From Intestinimonas butyriciproducens (lineage in GTDB: Bacteria > Bacillota > Clostridia > Oscillospirales > Butyricicoccaceae): DNA of 64,000 bases. This document shows positions 19,053-28,154 of the stretch, piece after piece (position 1 is the stretch's first letter; each line of letters begins with the position of its first letter). The position numbers and the translations under genes were made by a program. The stretch spans positions 1 to 64,000 of the forward strand of contig NZ_JACJKW010000004.1 in assembly GCF_016901775.1 (NCBI RefSeq), given 5' to 3'. A model generated the notes under the pieces. It did no database searches and was not told the DNA's origin. It saw only the letters and a list, made by a program, of their open reading frames with translations.

Positions 19053-19092
19053 TACAAAAAGTTATTTTTTAATAATATTCTCCAAAAGAGAG

Positions 19093-19126
19093 AAAAAAGC
19101 CGCCCTTTGCAGGCGGCTTTTTTGTT
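19093..19126. terminator. Bidirectional intrinsic terminator (AAAAAAGCCGCCctttgcaGGCGGCTTTTTT).
   Basis: Hairpin with A- and T-runs, between the convergent oxidoreductase and trmO genes. Confidence 0.8.
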
Positions 19127-19129
19127 TGC

Positions 19130-19579
19130 TTATTTTGTTTTTTCGGCACGGCTTTGGGCCCAGCCCTGATGCCAGGCGGGCGTTCCCGCCCTCTCCACCC
19201 GATCGCAGCCGGGAACATAGGGCTTGATATCCAGTACCGGTGTGCCATCCCAGGCATCGCTTTGATCGATGCGCAAAAGGCCCTTGCCGTGGTTCACCCA
19301 ATAGACCTTCACCACATCCAGGGCGATGGGATTGGGCCGGTGGGGGGTGCGGGTGGCAAAAACCCCCAGCCGCTGGGGCGCATGGGCATGGGGCGTTTTC
19401 ACCAGCAGCCTTTCTCTGCTGTGAGGGTCCTGGCTCTGATCGAACCACCACAAAAGATAAAGGTACTCATACTCTTCAATGCCCTTGAGGGCCGGGCGGT
19501 AGGAAGGCAGAATCTCCACAAAGACCCGCTTCCCTTCCCGGCGGATATGTCCCACTGGATACAGACGCAGCTCTTCCAT
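19130..19579 (-). CDS. trmO: tRNA (N6-threonylcarbamoyladenosine37) methyltransferase, TrmO / TsaA (YaeB) family.
   Basis: 149 aa, TsaA-like sequence. ATG at 19579 with AGGAGGGG RBS. The ORF track begins upstream at 19717. Confidence 0.75.
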   Translation of the reverse strand: MEELRLYPVGHIRREGKRVFVEILPSYRPALKGIEEYEYLYLLWWFDQSQDPHSRERLLVKTPHAHAPQRLGVFATRTPHRPNPIALDVVKVYWVNHGKGLLRIDQSDAWDGTPVLDIKPYVPGCDRVERAGTPAWHQGWAQSRAEKTK

Positions 19580-19637
19580 CCCATCCCCTCCTTTTTTCTT
19601 CCAGTATACCCCATTTCCCTTTTTCCTGCAAGGGGGC

Positions 19638-19937
19638 CTACTGCCCCTGGCAGTACAGCCGGCGCAATACGCCCAGCAGCTGAGGGAGCCTTTCATCCGA
19701 CAGGGAATAGACCACATACTGGCCCTGCTTTTCCCCCTGCACCAGTCCCCCTTCCCGCAGGAGATGCAGATGCTGGGACAGAGCGGGCCGGGTCAAGGAG
19801 GGCACCTTTTCCCCGATCTGCCCCACAGTCTTGGGACCGTCCTCCAAGGCGCACAGAATGAGAAGCCGGTTGTGGTTTGAAAGCCGCCCCAGAAGCTCCG
19901 CCACCTGGCGGGCCTGTTCCTCCAGCCCCCGGCTCAT
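19638..19937 (-). CDS. ArsR/SmtB-family metalloregulator (99 aa).
   Basis: Winged-HTH sequence LSNHNRLLILCAL...TRPALSQHLHLLREGGLV. The ATGA overlaps the upstream gene. Confidence 0.8.
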   Translation of the reverse strand: MSRGLEEQARQVAELLGRLSNHNRLLILCALEDGPKTVGQIGEKVPSLTRPALSQHLHLLREGGLVQGEKQGQYVVYSLSDERLPQLLGVLRRLYCQGQ

Positions 19938-20530
19938 GGCTGAGCCTTTCCGGCCTTCGCCCGGCAGATCAGCTGGGTCATGGTGCCCATGGGGCAAAAG
20001 ACACACCAGGAGCGGGGCATCCACAGCACCATGGCAATAAAGCCGATGAGGGTGGAAGTGAGCATCAAAGAATAAAACCCAAAGGCAAACTGAGCCACCC
20101 AAGGGGCGAACAGGGTGCCATGGTAGGCCCAGTGCCAGGGCAGGCGGAAAGTCCAGAAGAGCTTCACCGTCTGCCCCAGTTCCTGCTGCCCTGCCCCTAC
20201 CAGATAGGTGGTGAAGAGCATCTGGAAGAACATGGCGAAAAAGAAGATCAGAAATCCATAGCGGAACCAGCGGCTTCCCAACCACCGTGGGGTGGGACGG
20301 CGGCGGGACAGGCCCAGCTTGCCTCCCAGCAGGGCAAAGAACCGGCCCCGGTCACAGTAGCGGTTGCAATAGAGTTTTCCCCCGCCAGCCAATGCGATGA
20401 TCAGGGGCAGACAAAAGAAAATCATCCCCAGCCAGGCAAAGAGGATGTTGAAAAATCCCAGTCCCAGATAAATGGGGGTCACGATCCACAGGTATTCATA
20501 CCAGGGCCGCTTCCTGCCGGTTTTCTTCAT
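19934..20530 (-). CDS. Polyferredoxin-like 4Fe-4S-binding integral membrane protein (NapH/MauN-like).
   Basis: TM segments plus CNRYC and CVFCPMG cysteine motifs. Translationally coupled to its neighbours. Confidence 0.6.
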   Translation of the reverse strand: MKKTGRKRPWYEYLWIVTPIYLGLGFFNILFAWLGMIFFCLPLIIALAGGGKLYCNRYCDRGRFFALLGGKLGLSRRRPTPRWLGSRWFRYGFLIFFFAMFFQMLFTTYLVGAGQQELGQTVKLFWTFRLPWHWAYHGTLFAPWVAQFAFGFYSLMLTSTLIGFIAMVLWMPRSWCVFCPMGTMTQLICRAKAGKAQP

Positions 20531-20730
20531 TGCTGCACCTCCCGTTCGATCACATGAATGGCCGAGGCCGGGCACTCCTTAGCGCATTTTCCGCAGCCCA
20601 CGCACTTTTCTCCCCTTACCTGGGCGATGACGCCCTTCCAGATGGAAATGGCCCCCAAAGGGCACACCTCCAGACAGCTGCCGCAGGCCACACAGTTTTT
20701 GCCCACCTGGGCCAGTCTTTTTGCAGCCAT
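20527..20730 (-). CDS. 2x[4Fe-4S] ferredoxin (67 aa).
   Basis: Two CxxCxxCxxxCP motifs. AGGAGGG RBS. Confidence 0.8.
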   Translation of the reverse strand: MAAKRLAQVGKNCVACGSCLEVCPLGAISIWKGVIAQVRGEKCVGCGKCAKECPASAIHVIEREVQQ

Positions 20731-20800
20731 GTCTTCCCTCCTGGGTATAATTAAGTAATTAAGCAATTACTAATATATCATCTTTTCTATTCCGGTGCAA
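20721..20800. promoter_or_regulatory. Divergent promoter region carrying the 7-4-7 inverted repeat AGTAATTaagcAATTACT (20754-20771) as a candidate ArsR operator. The plus-strand promoter is TTGCAG/TATAAT; the minus-strand promoter is TTGCAC/TATATT.
   Basis: Motifs read on both strands. The operator overlaps the predicted minus-strand TSS and lies at +3..+20 of the plus-strand promoter. Confidence 0.5.
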
Positions 20801-20876
20801 GGGCATATTTTTTCTTCTCTCCCCATAGAGTGGAGATGTAGGACTGGCCCTCCCAAAAGAAAGGTGTGAAAAAAAC

Positions 20877-23558
20877 ATGGAACGGACAACATCCCCCTCC
20901 CTGGCCGCCCGGGGGCTTTCTCCCCAGGCTGTGGAGCGATCCCGGCAAAAGCACGGCTCCAACGCTCTGACCAAACAGGGGCGGTCGGGTTTCGGAAAGC
21001 AGCTGCTGAGCAATTTTGGCGATCCCATCATCAAAATCTTGCTGGCCGCCCTTTTGCTCAATCTTCTTTTTGTATTCAAAGAACAAAACTGGTTTGAATC
21101 GGTGGGCATTGCCATCGCCATTTTCCTGGCCACCTTCGTGTCCACCCTGTCGGAATACGGCAGCGAATCGGCCTTCCTCCGTTTGCAGCAGGAAGCCCAG
21201 GCCTTGCGGTGCCGGGTGATGCGGGAGGGAAAGATCGCCCTCATCCCCCTGGAAGAAGTGGTGGTGGGGGACCTGGTGCTGCTGGAAAGCGGCGAGCGGG
21301 TTCCGGCCGACGGCCTTCTGGTGGAAGGCAAGCTGGCGGTGGACCAATCCTCCCTCAACGGAGAAAGCCGGGAAGCCCAGAAAACCCCGGGAGGCGCCCG
21401 GGAGGGCTGGAATCTTTCCCGGGAAAACCAGCTGTTCCGGGGCACGGTGGTGTGCGCCGGAAATGGGCTCATGCAGGTGCAGCGGGTGGGCGACAGCACC
21501 TTTTACGGCGGCATGGCCCGGCAGATGCAGCAGGACACCCGGCAAAGCCCCCTGAAGCTGCGTCTGGAAGGGCTGGCCGACACTCTCAGCCGCCTGGGCT
21601 TTGCCGCCGCCATCCTGGTGGCTCTGGCCGACCTGCTGGGGGAGGTATGGCAGCTCACCGGCTTTCAGACCCCGGCCCTTCTGTCCCTTTTTTCCCAGCC
21701 GCCCCAGTTTCTGGGGCTTTTGCTGGAAAGCCTGACTTTGGCCGTCACCGTTTTGGTGGTGGCCGTGCCCGAGGGTCTGCCCATGATGATCACCGTGGTG
21801 CTCTCTTCCAATATGCGCCGGATGCTCCGGGACCATGTGCTGGTGCGCAAGCTGGTGGGCATCGAAACCTCCGGCAGCCTGAACATCCTGTTTACCGACA
21901 AAACCGGCACCCTCACCCGGGGCAAACTGCAAGTGCGGGAGCTGGTCACCGGAGAGGGCGGGCACTTTGCCAGCCCCCAATCCCTGCGGGAGCACTCCCT
22001 TCCCCTCTACCGGCTGTGCTTCCTCTGCGGGGCCTACAACAACGAAAGCAGCCTGTCCGGCCAGGGCCAGCCGGTGGGAGGCAACGCCACCGACCGGGCC
22101 TTGCTTCAGTTTTTCCTCACCCAGGCCCGGCAGTATACCGCCCCGGCTCCCTCCTGGCGCTCCCCCTTTGACAGCCGCCGGAAGTTTTCGGCGGTGACCC
22201 TGCGGGACAGCGGCCAGACCCTCACTTTGGTGAAAGGGGCGCCGGAGCAGATCCTCCCGGGCTGCACCCAGTATCTCTCTTCCGACGGCTCTGCCCTGCC
22301 CTTTTCCCAGGAAAAAATCCGCCGCACATGGCAGGAACTGACAAAGAAAGCCTACCGGGTGCTGGCCCTGGCCTATGCCCCCGGAGAAACAGGGGGCAAC
22401 ACTCTGTCCGGGCTCACCTTCCTGGGGTTCATCGCCATCGGCGACACCCTGCGGCCCCAGGTGAAAAAGGCGGTGGAACAGGTGAAAAGGGCCGGAGTGC
22501 AGGTGGTGATGATCACCGGGGACAACAAGGATACCGCCCTGGCCATGGGAGAAAAGGCCGGGCTGTGCCGGGAAAATGACCGCTTGGCCCTGACCCATGA
22601 CGAACTGGCCGCCCTGTCCGATGAAGAGGTCAAGGCCCTTCTGCCCCGGCTGCGGGTGGTGGCCCGGGCCATGCCCCAGGACAAAAGCCGGCTGGTCACC
22701 CTGGCCCAGGAGATGGGGCTGGTGGCCGGCATGACCGGCGACGGCATCAACGACGCTCCCGCCCTCAAGCTGTCCGATGTGGGCTTTGCCATGGGCAGCG
22801 GCACCGAGGTGGCCAAGGAGGCGGGGGACATCGTCATTCTGGACGACAACTTCCAGAGCATCGGCAAGGCCATCCTCTATGGCCGCACCATTTTCAAAAG
22901 CATCCGGAAGTTCATCGTCTTTCAGCTGACCATGAACCTGTGCGCCGTGGGTGTTTCGGTGCTGGGGCCCTTCCTGGGGGTGGAAAACCCCATCACGGTG
23001 GTGCAGATGCTGTGGGTGAACATCATCATGGACACCCTGGCCGCCCTGGCCTACGCCGGGGAAGCCCCCCTGGAAGAATACATGGAAGAGCCGCCCAAAA
23101 AGCGGGATGAGCCCATCTTTACCTCCGCCATGCTCCATCAGGTGCTGTGCATGGGCCTTTACACCATCCTGCTCTGCCTGGCCTTCCTGAAACTGCCCCT
23201 GCTTACCCAGGTCCTTTCGCCCCGGCAGGCCTCCTTCCATTTGCTCACCGGATTTTTTGCCCTGTTCATCTTCTGCGGAGTGTTCAACAGCTTCAATGCC
23301 CGCACCGAACGGCTGAATCTGCTGGCCCATCTGGGAAAAAACCCCCGCTTCCTCTTGATTATGATCATGGTGGGACTGGTTCAGTGCCTGCTGATCTACC
23401 GGGGCGGTTCCTTGTTCCGCACCTCCCCGCTGCCCCTTCCCGCTTTCCAACTGGTGCTGCTTCTGGCCTTCTCGGTGATCCCGGTGGACTTTGTCCGCAA
23501 GCTCATCCTGCGCCGGGGCCCCGGCAGCCGTCTCCGCCGCAGCCCCAGTCCTTTTTAA
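20877..23558 (+). CDS. P-type cation-translocating ATPase (P2-type, Ca2+-ATPase-like).
   Basis: DKTGTLT, PEGL and MTGDGINDAPALK motifs. N-terminal cation-ATPase domain. 893 aa. Confidence 0.85.
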   Translation: MERTTSPSLAARGLSPQAVERSRQKHGSNALTKQGRSGFGKQLLSNFGDPIIKILLAALLLNLLFVFKEQNWFESVGIAIAIFLATFVSTLSEYGSESAFLRLQQEAQALRCRVMREGKIALIPLEEVVVGDLVLLESGERVPADGLLVEGKLAVDQSSLNGESREAQKTPGGAREGWNLSRENQLFRGTVVCAGNGLMQVQRVGDSTFYGGMARQMQQDTRQSPLKLRLEGLADTLSRLGFAAAILVALADLLGEVWQLTGFQTPALLSLFSQPPQFLGLLLESLTLAVTVLVVAVPEGLPMMITVVLSSNMRRMLRDHVLVRKLVGIETSGSLNILFTDKTGTLTRGKLQVRELVTGEGGHFASPQSLREHSLPLYRLCFLCGAYNNESSLSGQGQPVGGNATDRALLQFFLTQARQYTAPAPSWRSPFDSRRKFSAVTLRDSGQTLTLVKGAPEQILPGCTQYLSSDGSALPFSQEKIRRTWQELTKKAYRVLALAYAPGETGGNTLSGLTFLGFIAIGDTLRPQVKKAVEQVKRAGVQVVMITGDNKDTALAMGEKAGLCRENDRLALTHDELAALSDEEVKALLPRLRVVARAMPQDKSRLVTLAQEMGLVAGMTGDGINDAPALKLSDVGFAMGSGTEVAKEAGDIVILDDNFQSIGKAILYGRTIFKSIRKFIVFQLTMNLCAVGVSVLGPFLGVENPITVVQMLWVNIIMDTLAALAYAGEAPLEEYMEEPPKKRDEPIFTSAMLHQVLCMGLYTILLCLAFLKLPLLTQVLSPRQASFHLLTGFFALFIFCGVFNSFNARTERLNLLAHLGKNPRFLLIMIMVGLVQCLLIYRGGSLFRTSPLPLPAFQLVLLLAFSVIPVDFVRKLILRRGPGSRLRRSPSPF

Positions 23559-23722
23559 CTCATTCCGCCCGGCTCAGTGCCTGGGCTCCCAACCTTTTCT
23601 TTGCCTGAATCGCTCACAATCGCCTGTTCAAAAATATTTTTCTTACGGCAGCTTTTCAACAAAGTCCGGTTCTCCTTGGGGCCGGGCTTTGTTTTGTCCC
23701 GTTGAAAATCTTCTGACCCCTC

Positions 23723-23751
23723 TTGACAGTCACATGACCATGTAGTATAAT
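23723..23751 (+). promoter_or_regulatory. Consensus sigma-A promoter (TTGACA, 17-nt spacer, TATAAT) for the DUF1836-nfeD-floT operon.
   Basis: Exact consensus hexamers with optimal spacing, 65 nt upstream of the start codon. Confidence 0.7.
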
Positions 23752-23815
23752 CAAATCAACCCGATAGCACAGACCCCTGACCCTTTCTTTTGGCGGGGGA
23801 GAAAGGAGAATCGCC

Positions 23816-24376
23816 ATGCTGAAAACCTTGCCCGGCGCCACAGTGGAAGTGGACATCTCAAACCCCCAGGCCGCCGATGACATTCTCAGTTCCCTGTTTC
23901 TCACCGGGGGGCTGATGCTCTCTCAGGTGTCCCAATTCACCGGGCTGGAGCCCCACACCATCCAGAATTGGGTCAAGCGGGGCTTTTTGCCTCCGCCCCA
24001 GAACAAGCGCTACGATCGCAGCCAATTATGCCGCATTCTCATCATCCATATGCTAAAAGACACGCTGGCCCTGCCCACCATCTGCCGTTTGCTTTCCTAT
24101 ATCAACGGCCAGCTGGACAAAAACTCCGATGACAGCATTGACGACAGCCAGCTCTATCTCTATATCATCCAGGTGGTCTTTTCTCTGGAAAATGACAAGC
24201 TGGAAGGATTATCCCATCTGGAAGAGCGGTGCCGCCAGGCGCTGGAGGGGTACCGGGAGCCTTTTGCCGGGGCAAAAGACCGGGTGCTGCTGGTGCTGCG
24301 CATCATCGTCACCGCCCACCTGGCCTCCCATCTGACCCAGCAGGCCAACCTGCTGGTGGGGCGTATGGAAGACTGA
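23816..24376 (+). CDS. DUF1836-like HTH domain protein.
   Basis: 186 aa. RBS GAAAGGAG. Membership of the DUF1836 family is assigned from memory. Confidence 0.6.
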   Translation: MLKTLPGATVEVDISNPQAADDILSSLFLTGGLMLSQVSQFTGLEPHTIQNWVKRGFLPPPQNKRYDRSQLCRILIIHMLKDTLALPTICRLLSYINGQLDKNSDDSIDDSQLYLYIIQVVFSLENDKLEGLSHLEERCRQALEGYREPFAGAKDRVLLVLRIIVTAHLASHLTQQANLLVGRMED

Positions 24377-24429
24377 GAGGCTTTTGATAGAAAAAAACAC
24401 CACCGCCTTTGAAATGGAGGAAAAGGGAT

Positions 24430-25086
24430 ATGCTCAACTGGTGGAACTCACTGGACGCTTTGCAGCACTTTTTTGCCTATGTGGCCATTCCTGCCACCCT
24501 GATCCTGTGCATCCAGACCATCCTGCTGCTCTTCGGCCTGGGCGCCGGAGGGGACGGGGAGCTGGACAGCGACACATCCGGGCTGGACACCGGAGACGGC
24601 ACCGCACCCGATCTGGATGCCCCGGACACCGATGTCCCGGACAGCTGGGATGGGGAAAGCGGTCATGATCTGGCCCACGACCCAGGGCTGCGCATTTTTA
24701 CCATCCGAGGTCTTGTGGCCTTCTTCTCGGTGTTCGGCTGGGCCGGTCTGGCCCTCAGCCGCAGCGGCGTGCCGGGAGGGGTATCCACCCTCATCGCCTT
24801 TTTGCTGGGCCTTGGGGCCATGGTAGTGCTGGCCCTGATGCTCCGGGGGGCCCTGGGTCTGCAATCCGACGGCACCATGAACCTGAAAAATGCCCTGGGC
24901 CTTTGCGGTACCGTTTATCTCACCGTACCCCCCCGCCGCCAGGGCACAGGAAAAATCACATTGGTTCTGCAAGGGCAGCTGGGGGAATTTGAAGCCCTCA
25001 CCGATGAGCCGGAACCGCTCAAAACCGGCCAGTCCGTCCAGGTCATCGGCCTGTCCGGCCCCATTATGGTAGTCTGCCGCAAATAA
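24430..25086 (+). CDS. NfeD-family membrane protein (YuaF-like).
   Basis: TM-rich N-terminus and an OB-fold-like C-terminus. Sits immediately upstream of the flotillin gene. GGAGG RBS. Confidence 0.7.
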   Translation: MLNWWNSLDALQHFFAYVAIPATLILCIQTILLLFGLGAGGDGELDSDTSGLDTGDGTAPDLDAPDTDVPDSWDGESGHDLAHDPGLRIFTIRGLVAFFSVFGWAGLALSRSGVPGGVSTLIAFLLGLGAMVVLALMLRGALGLQSDGTMNLKNALGLCGTVYLTVPPRRQGTGKITLVLQGQLGEFEALTDEPEPLKTGQSVQVIGLSGPIMVVCRK

Positions 25087-25127
25087 AGCGGCTTTTCACA
25101 AAAAGAAAAAGAAAAGAGGTATGAAGA

Positions 25128-26552
25128 ATGGAAACTTTGATTCTGGTCTGCGTCATTGCACTGCTGCTTTTCTCCATGATCCTGCTGATTTTGTCCCGGT
25201 ACAAAAAATGTCCCTCCGACAAGGTGATGGTCATTTATGGTAAAGTGGGCAACAACAAGGACGGCAGCGCCCGCAGCGCCAAGTGTATCCACGGCGGCGC
25301 CGCCTTTGTCTGGCCGGTGATCCAGGCCCGGGAATTTCTGGACCTGACCCCCCTGTCCATTTCGGTGGATCTGGAAAATGCCCTGTCCCGGCAGAACATC
25401 CGCATCAATGTGCCCTCCCGGTTCACCGTGGGCATCTCCACCGAGCCCGCCGTCATGCAGAACGCCGCCGAGCGGCTGCTGGGGCTCAAGCTGGAGGAAG
25501 TCCAGGAACTGGCCAAGGACATCATCTTCGGCCAGCTGCGTCTGGTCATTGCCACCATGGACATCGAGGAGATCAACACCGACCGGGATAAATTCCTGGA
25601 AGCGGTCTCCCGGAATGTGGAAGGCGAACTGAAGAAGATCGGCCTGCGGCTGATCAATGTGAATGTCACCGACATCAGCGACGAAAGCGGTTACATCGCC
25701 GCCCTGGGCAAGGAAGCCGCGGCCAAGGCCATCAACGATGCCAAAAAGAGCGTGGCTGAAAAAGACCGTGACGGCTCCATCGGCGAAGCCAATGCCCACC
25801 GTGACCAGCGTGTCCAGGTGGCCCAGGCCGATTCCGAGGCCATCAAGGGCGAAAACGCCGCCAAGATGGAAGTGGCCATGTCCAACGCCGCCCGGCGTGA
25901 AAAGGAAGCGGAAGCTTTGAAGATCGCCACCTCCGCCGAAAAAATCCAGGCCGCCCGTGCTCTGGAAGAGGCTTACGCCGCCGAGCAGCAGGCTGAAGTG
26001 GCCCGTGCCGCCCGGGAAAAAGCCACCCAGGAAGCCGATATCATCGTCAAGACCGAGATCGAAAAGCGGAAGCTGGAGCTGGAAGCCGAGGCCCAGGCCG
26101 AGCAGATCCGCCGGAAGGCCAAAGGTGAAGCCGATGCCATCCTGGCCAAGATGCAGGCCGAAGCCACCGGTATGCAGGCCATGCTCACCAAGCAGGCCGA
26201 TGGTCTGCGAGAGATCGTGCTGGCTGCCGGCGGCGATCCCGATGCCGCTCTGCGTCTGCTGCTGGCCGACAAGATGGAAGATCTGCTGCGTGTCCAGGTG
26301 GAAGCGGTGAAGAACATCAAGATCGACAAGGTCACCGTTTGGGACAGCGGCGAAAATGGCCAGGGCAAAACGGCCACCGCCGGATTTGTCTCCGGGCTGA
26401 TGAAATCTCTCCCCCCCATGAACGAACTGTTCGACATGGCCGGAATGAATCTGCCCTCTTTCCTGGGCAGCGACAAAAAGGAGGAAACCGAAAAACCAGC
26501 CCCCGCCCTGTCCCCCAAGGAAACACAGCCTGAAACGGCCGAAACAAAATAA
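25128..26552 (+). CDS. floT: Flotillin (SPFH / band-7 family, FloT / YuaG-like).
   Basis: N-terminal TM segment, SPFH domain, long Ala/Glu-rich coiled-coil EA-repeat region. Confidence 0.8.
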   Translation: METLILVCVIALLLFSMILLILSRYKKCPSDKVMVIYGKVGNNKDGSARSAKCIHGGAAFVWPVIQAREFLDLTPLSISVDLENALSRQNIRINVPSRFTVGISTEPAVMQNAAERLLGLKLEEVQELAKDIIFGQLRLVIATMDIEEINTDRDKFLEAVSRNVEGELKKIGLRLINVNVTDISDESGYIAALGKEAAAKAINDAKKSVAEKDRDGSIGEANAHRDQRVQVAQADSEAIKGENAAKMEVAMSNAARREKEAEALKIATSAEKIQAARALEEAYAAEQQAEVARAAREKATQEADIIVKTEIEKRKLELEAEAQAEQIRRKAKGEADAILAKMQAEATGMQAMLTKQADGLREIVLAAGGDPDAALRLLLADKMEDLLRVQVEAVKNIKIDKVTVWDSGENGQGKTATAGFVSGLMKSLPPMNELFDMAGMNLPSFLGSDKKEETEKPAPALSPKETQPETAETK

Positions 26553-26567
26553 GAATCCCCTATCCGT

Positions 26568-26599
26568 GCGCCCCGGAAAACCCGGGGCGCAATTTTTTC
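26568..26599 (+). terminator. Rho-independent terminator (GCGCCCCGGaaaaCCCGGGGCGC plus TTTTTT).
   Basis: Read directly after the floT stop. Confidence 0.8.
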
Positions 26600-26618
26600 G
26601 AAAAAACAAAAATTTCTC

Positions 26619-26650
26619 TTGCTTTTTTCAAAGGAGCGTGGTATTATAAT
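26619..26650 (+). promoter_or_regulatory. Candidate promoter for tRNA-Arg (TTGCTT ... TGgTATTATAAT).
   Basis: Motif only. Confidence 0.4.
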
Positions 26651-26673
26651 TAAGCGTTCCAAATGCGGAACAT

Positions 26674-26750
26674 GCGCCCATAGCTCAGCTGGATAGAGTG
26701 TCTGACTACGAATCAGAAGGTCACAGGTTCGAATCCTGTTGGGCGTGCCA
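26674..26750 (+). tRNA. tRNA-Arg (anticodon ACG), with encoded CCA.
   Basis: Manual cloverleaf: acceptor GCGCCCA/TGGGCGT, anticodon stem TCTGA/TCAGA, loop CTACGAA, T-loop TTCGAAT. Confidence 0.9.
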
Positions 26751-26754
26751 AAAA

Positions 26755-26788
26755 ACAGCCTGCTCAATAGAGCGGGCTGTTTTTTTAT
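26755..26788 (+). terminator. Intrinsic terminator after tRNA-Arg.
   Basis: Hairpin CAGCC...GGCTG followed by TTTTTTT. Confidence 0.65.
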
Positions 26789-26854
26789 CCTTTTGCAAAT
26801 CAATGGCTGCCGAAACGGTACTCTTCCTGACCAGATCCCTTGTTTCGCTGCAGT

Positions 26855-26887
26855 AAAAAACCGGGAGCCCAAGGCTCCCGGTTTTTT
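26855..26887. terminator. Bidirectional terminator (AAAAAACCGGGAGCCcaaGGCTCCCGGTTTTTT).
   Basis: Perfect hairpin with flanking A- and T-runs, downstream of the minus-strand hutD-like gene. Confidence 0.7.
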
Positions 26888-26902
26888 ACTGCTTTGATTT
26901 TG

Positions 26903-27467
26903 TTATGCCAGCTGCACCCGAGCCAGTGCCAGAATGCTGTCTGTCTGTGCTTTTACATTGAGCTCTCCCGGGCCTTGGCAAAGTAAGCCGTCCCATTCAC
27001 TGAGAGACAGCTCATTTCCCTCTGCGCTGCCCTGGTACAAAAACAGCACGCCTTTTTCCCCGGGGAAAAAGGAAAAGGAATGACTTTCCCCAGCCTTCAG
27101 CCCGAGGCCCTGGATGCAGCCTTTTGCCCCCTCACGGAGCATCAGGTTGAAATCCTGGGCCCTCCCCAGGCTGACGGTGTGCCAGTCACCGGAAAAGGTA
27201 TCCTGCTCCAGCACCGCCAGATCTTTTTCTCCATGGCCCTCATAGAGAAGGCGCAAAGAGCCCTGGAGCACCATGATGTGCCGCTCCACCCCGGGAAGGG
27301 GCGTAAAATCCGAACGGTCGCAATCCACTCCTGCACTGCTCACCCGAAAGAGGAAATCCCCTTTGCCATAGTCGGCGTCTTCCGGGAAAATATACACCTG
27401 GGTGGTGGAGCCGCCTGACCAATTGGAGACCTTGTAGCCCTCACGGGGCAATTTTCTCATTTCCATA
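26903..27467 (-). CDS. HutD / Ves-family protein.
   Basis: 188 aa. The start ATG at 27467 is 4 nt after the nitroreductase stop. The ORF track begins upstream at 27889. Confidence 0.65.
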
Positions 27468-27471
27468 GCTT

Positions 27472-27993
27472 CTAGCGGATGTAGTCCACAGCGCCTTCTA
27501 CCCGCTCTTTGCCCTGGGGTGCTTCTCCCTTGGGATAGCCCAGGATCACGCCGGCCACGCCGATATAGCCCTCCGGAATGCCGGCATCTTTGGCAAATGC
27601 CTGGCCCTGGGGTGTGGTGAGGTAGCGGCCGATGCAGTTGATCCAGCAGGAACCAATGCCCAGAGAAGCCGCCGAAAGGAACATATTCTGGATGGCCAGA
27701 GAACAATCGGCCACAGGGGCGATGTTGTCCTGTTTCCCGGTGACGATCACCAGGGTGGGAGCGCCGTAGAACATATCCCGATCGGTCTCCATCATCTCCT
27801 GGCACCCCTTGCGGATGCGCTGGATGGTCTCCTTGTCCTGGACCACGGTAAAGTGCCAGGACTGCTGGTTCATGGCGCTGGGAGCCCACAGGCCGCAGCG
27901 GATGATCTGCTCCAGCTCTTCTTCCTTGATCTGCTTATCCTCATAGCTGCGCCAGCTGCGCCGGTTCAGGATATTCTGAATCACTTCGTTCAT
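27472..27993 (-). CDS. Nitroreductase-family protein.
   Basis: 174 aa, nitroreductase-like sequence (RRSWRSY...PSAMNQQ). Confidence 0.8.
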   Translation of the reverse strand: MNEVIQNILNRRSWRSYEDKQIKEEELEQIIRCGLWAPSAMNQQSWHFTVVQDKETIQRIRKGCQEMMETDRDMFYGAPTLVIVTGKQDNIAPVADCSLAIQNMFLSAASLGIGSCWINCIGRYLTTPQGQAFAKDAGIPEGYIGVAGVILGYPKGEAPQGKERVEGAVDYIR

Positions 27994-28154
27994 ATGCAAA
28001 ACCATCCTTTCATCTCTGCCCGCACACAGGGCATTTTCTATATTTTAGTGTAGCACACCCTTCCCTGCCCATGCAAGAGGGATATTGCCCCCGGAAGGTG
28101 CAGGTGGTAAAATAAAACGGCATGTGATTTTTTGAAAAAGCAGGTGACCAAGCA

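Noticed and set aside
20877-23558. Heavy-metal (P1B) ATPase assignment, suggested by the divergent ArsR.
   Set aside because: No CPC/CPx motif in TM6 and no N-terminal metal-binding CxxC domain. A PEGL motif is present instead, so it was called P2-type (Ca-like).
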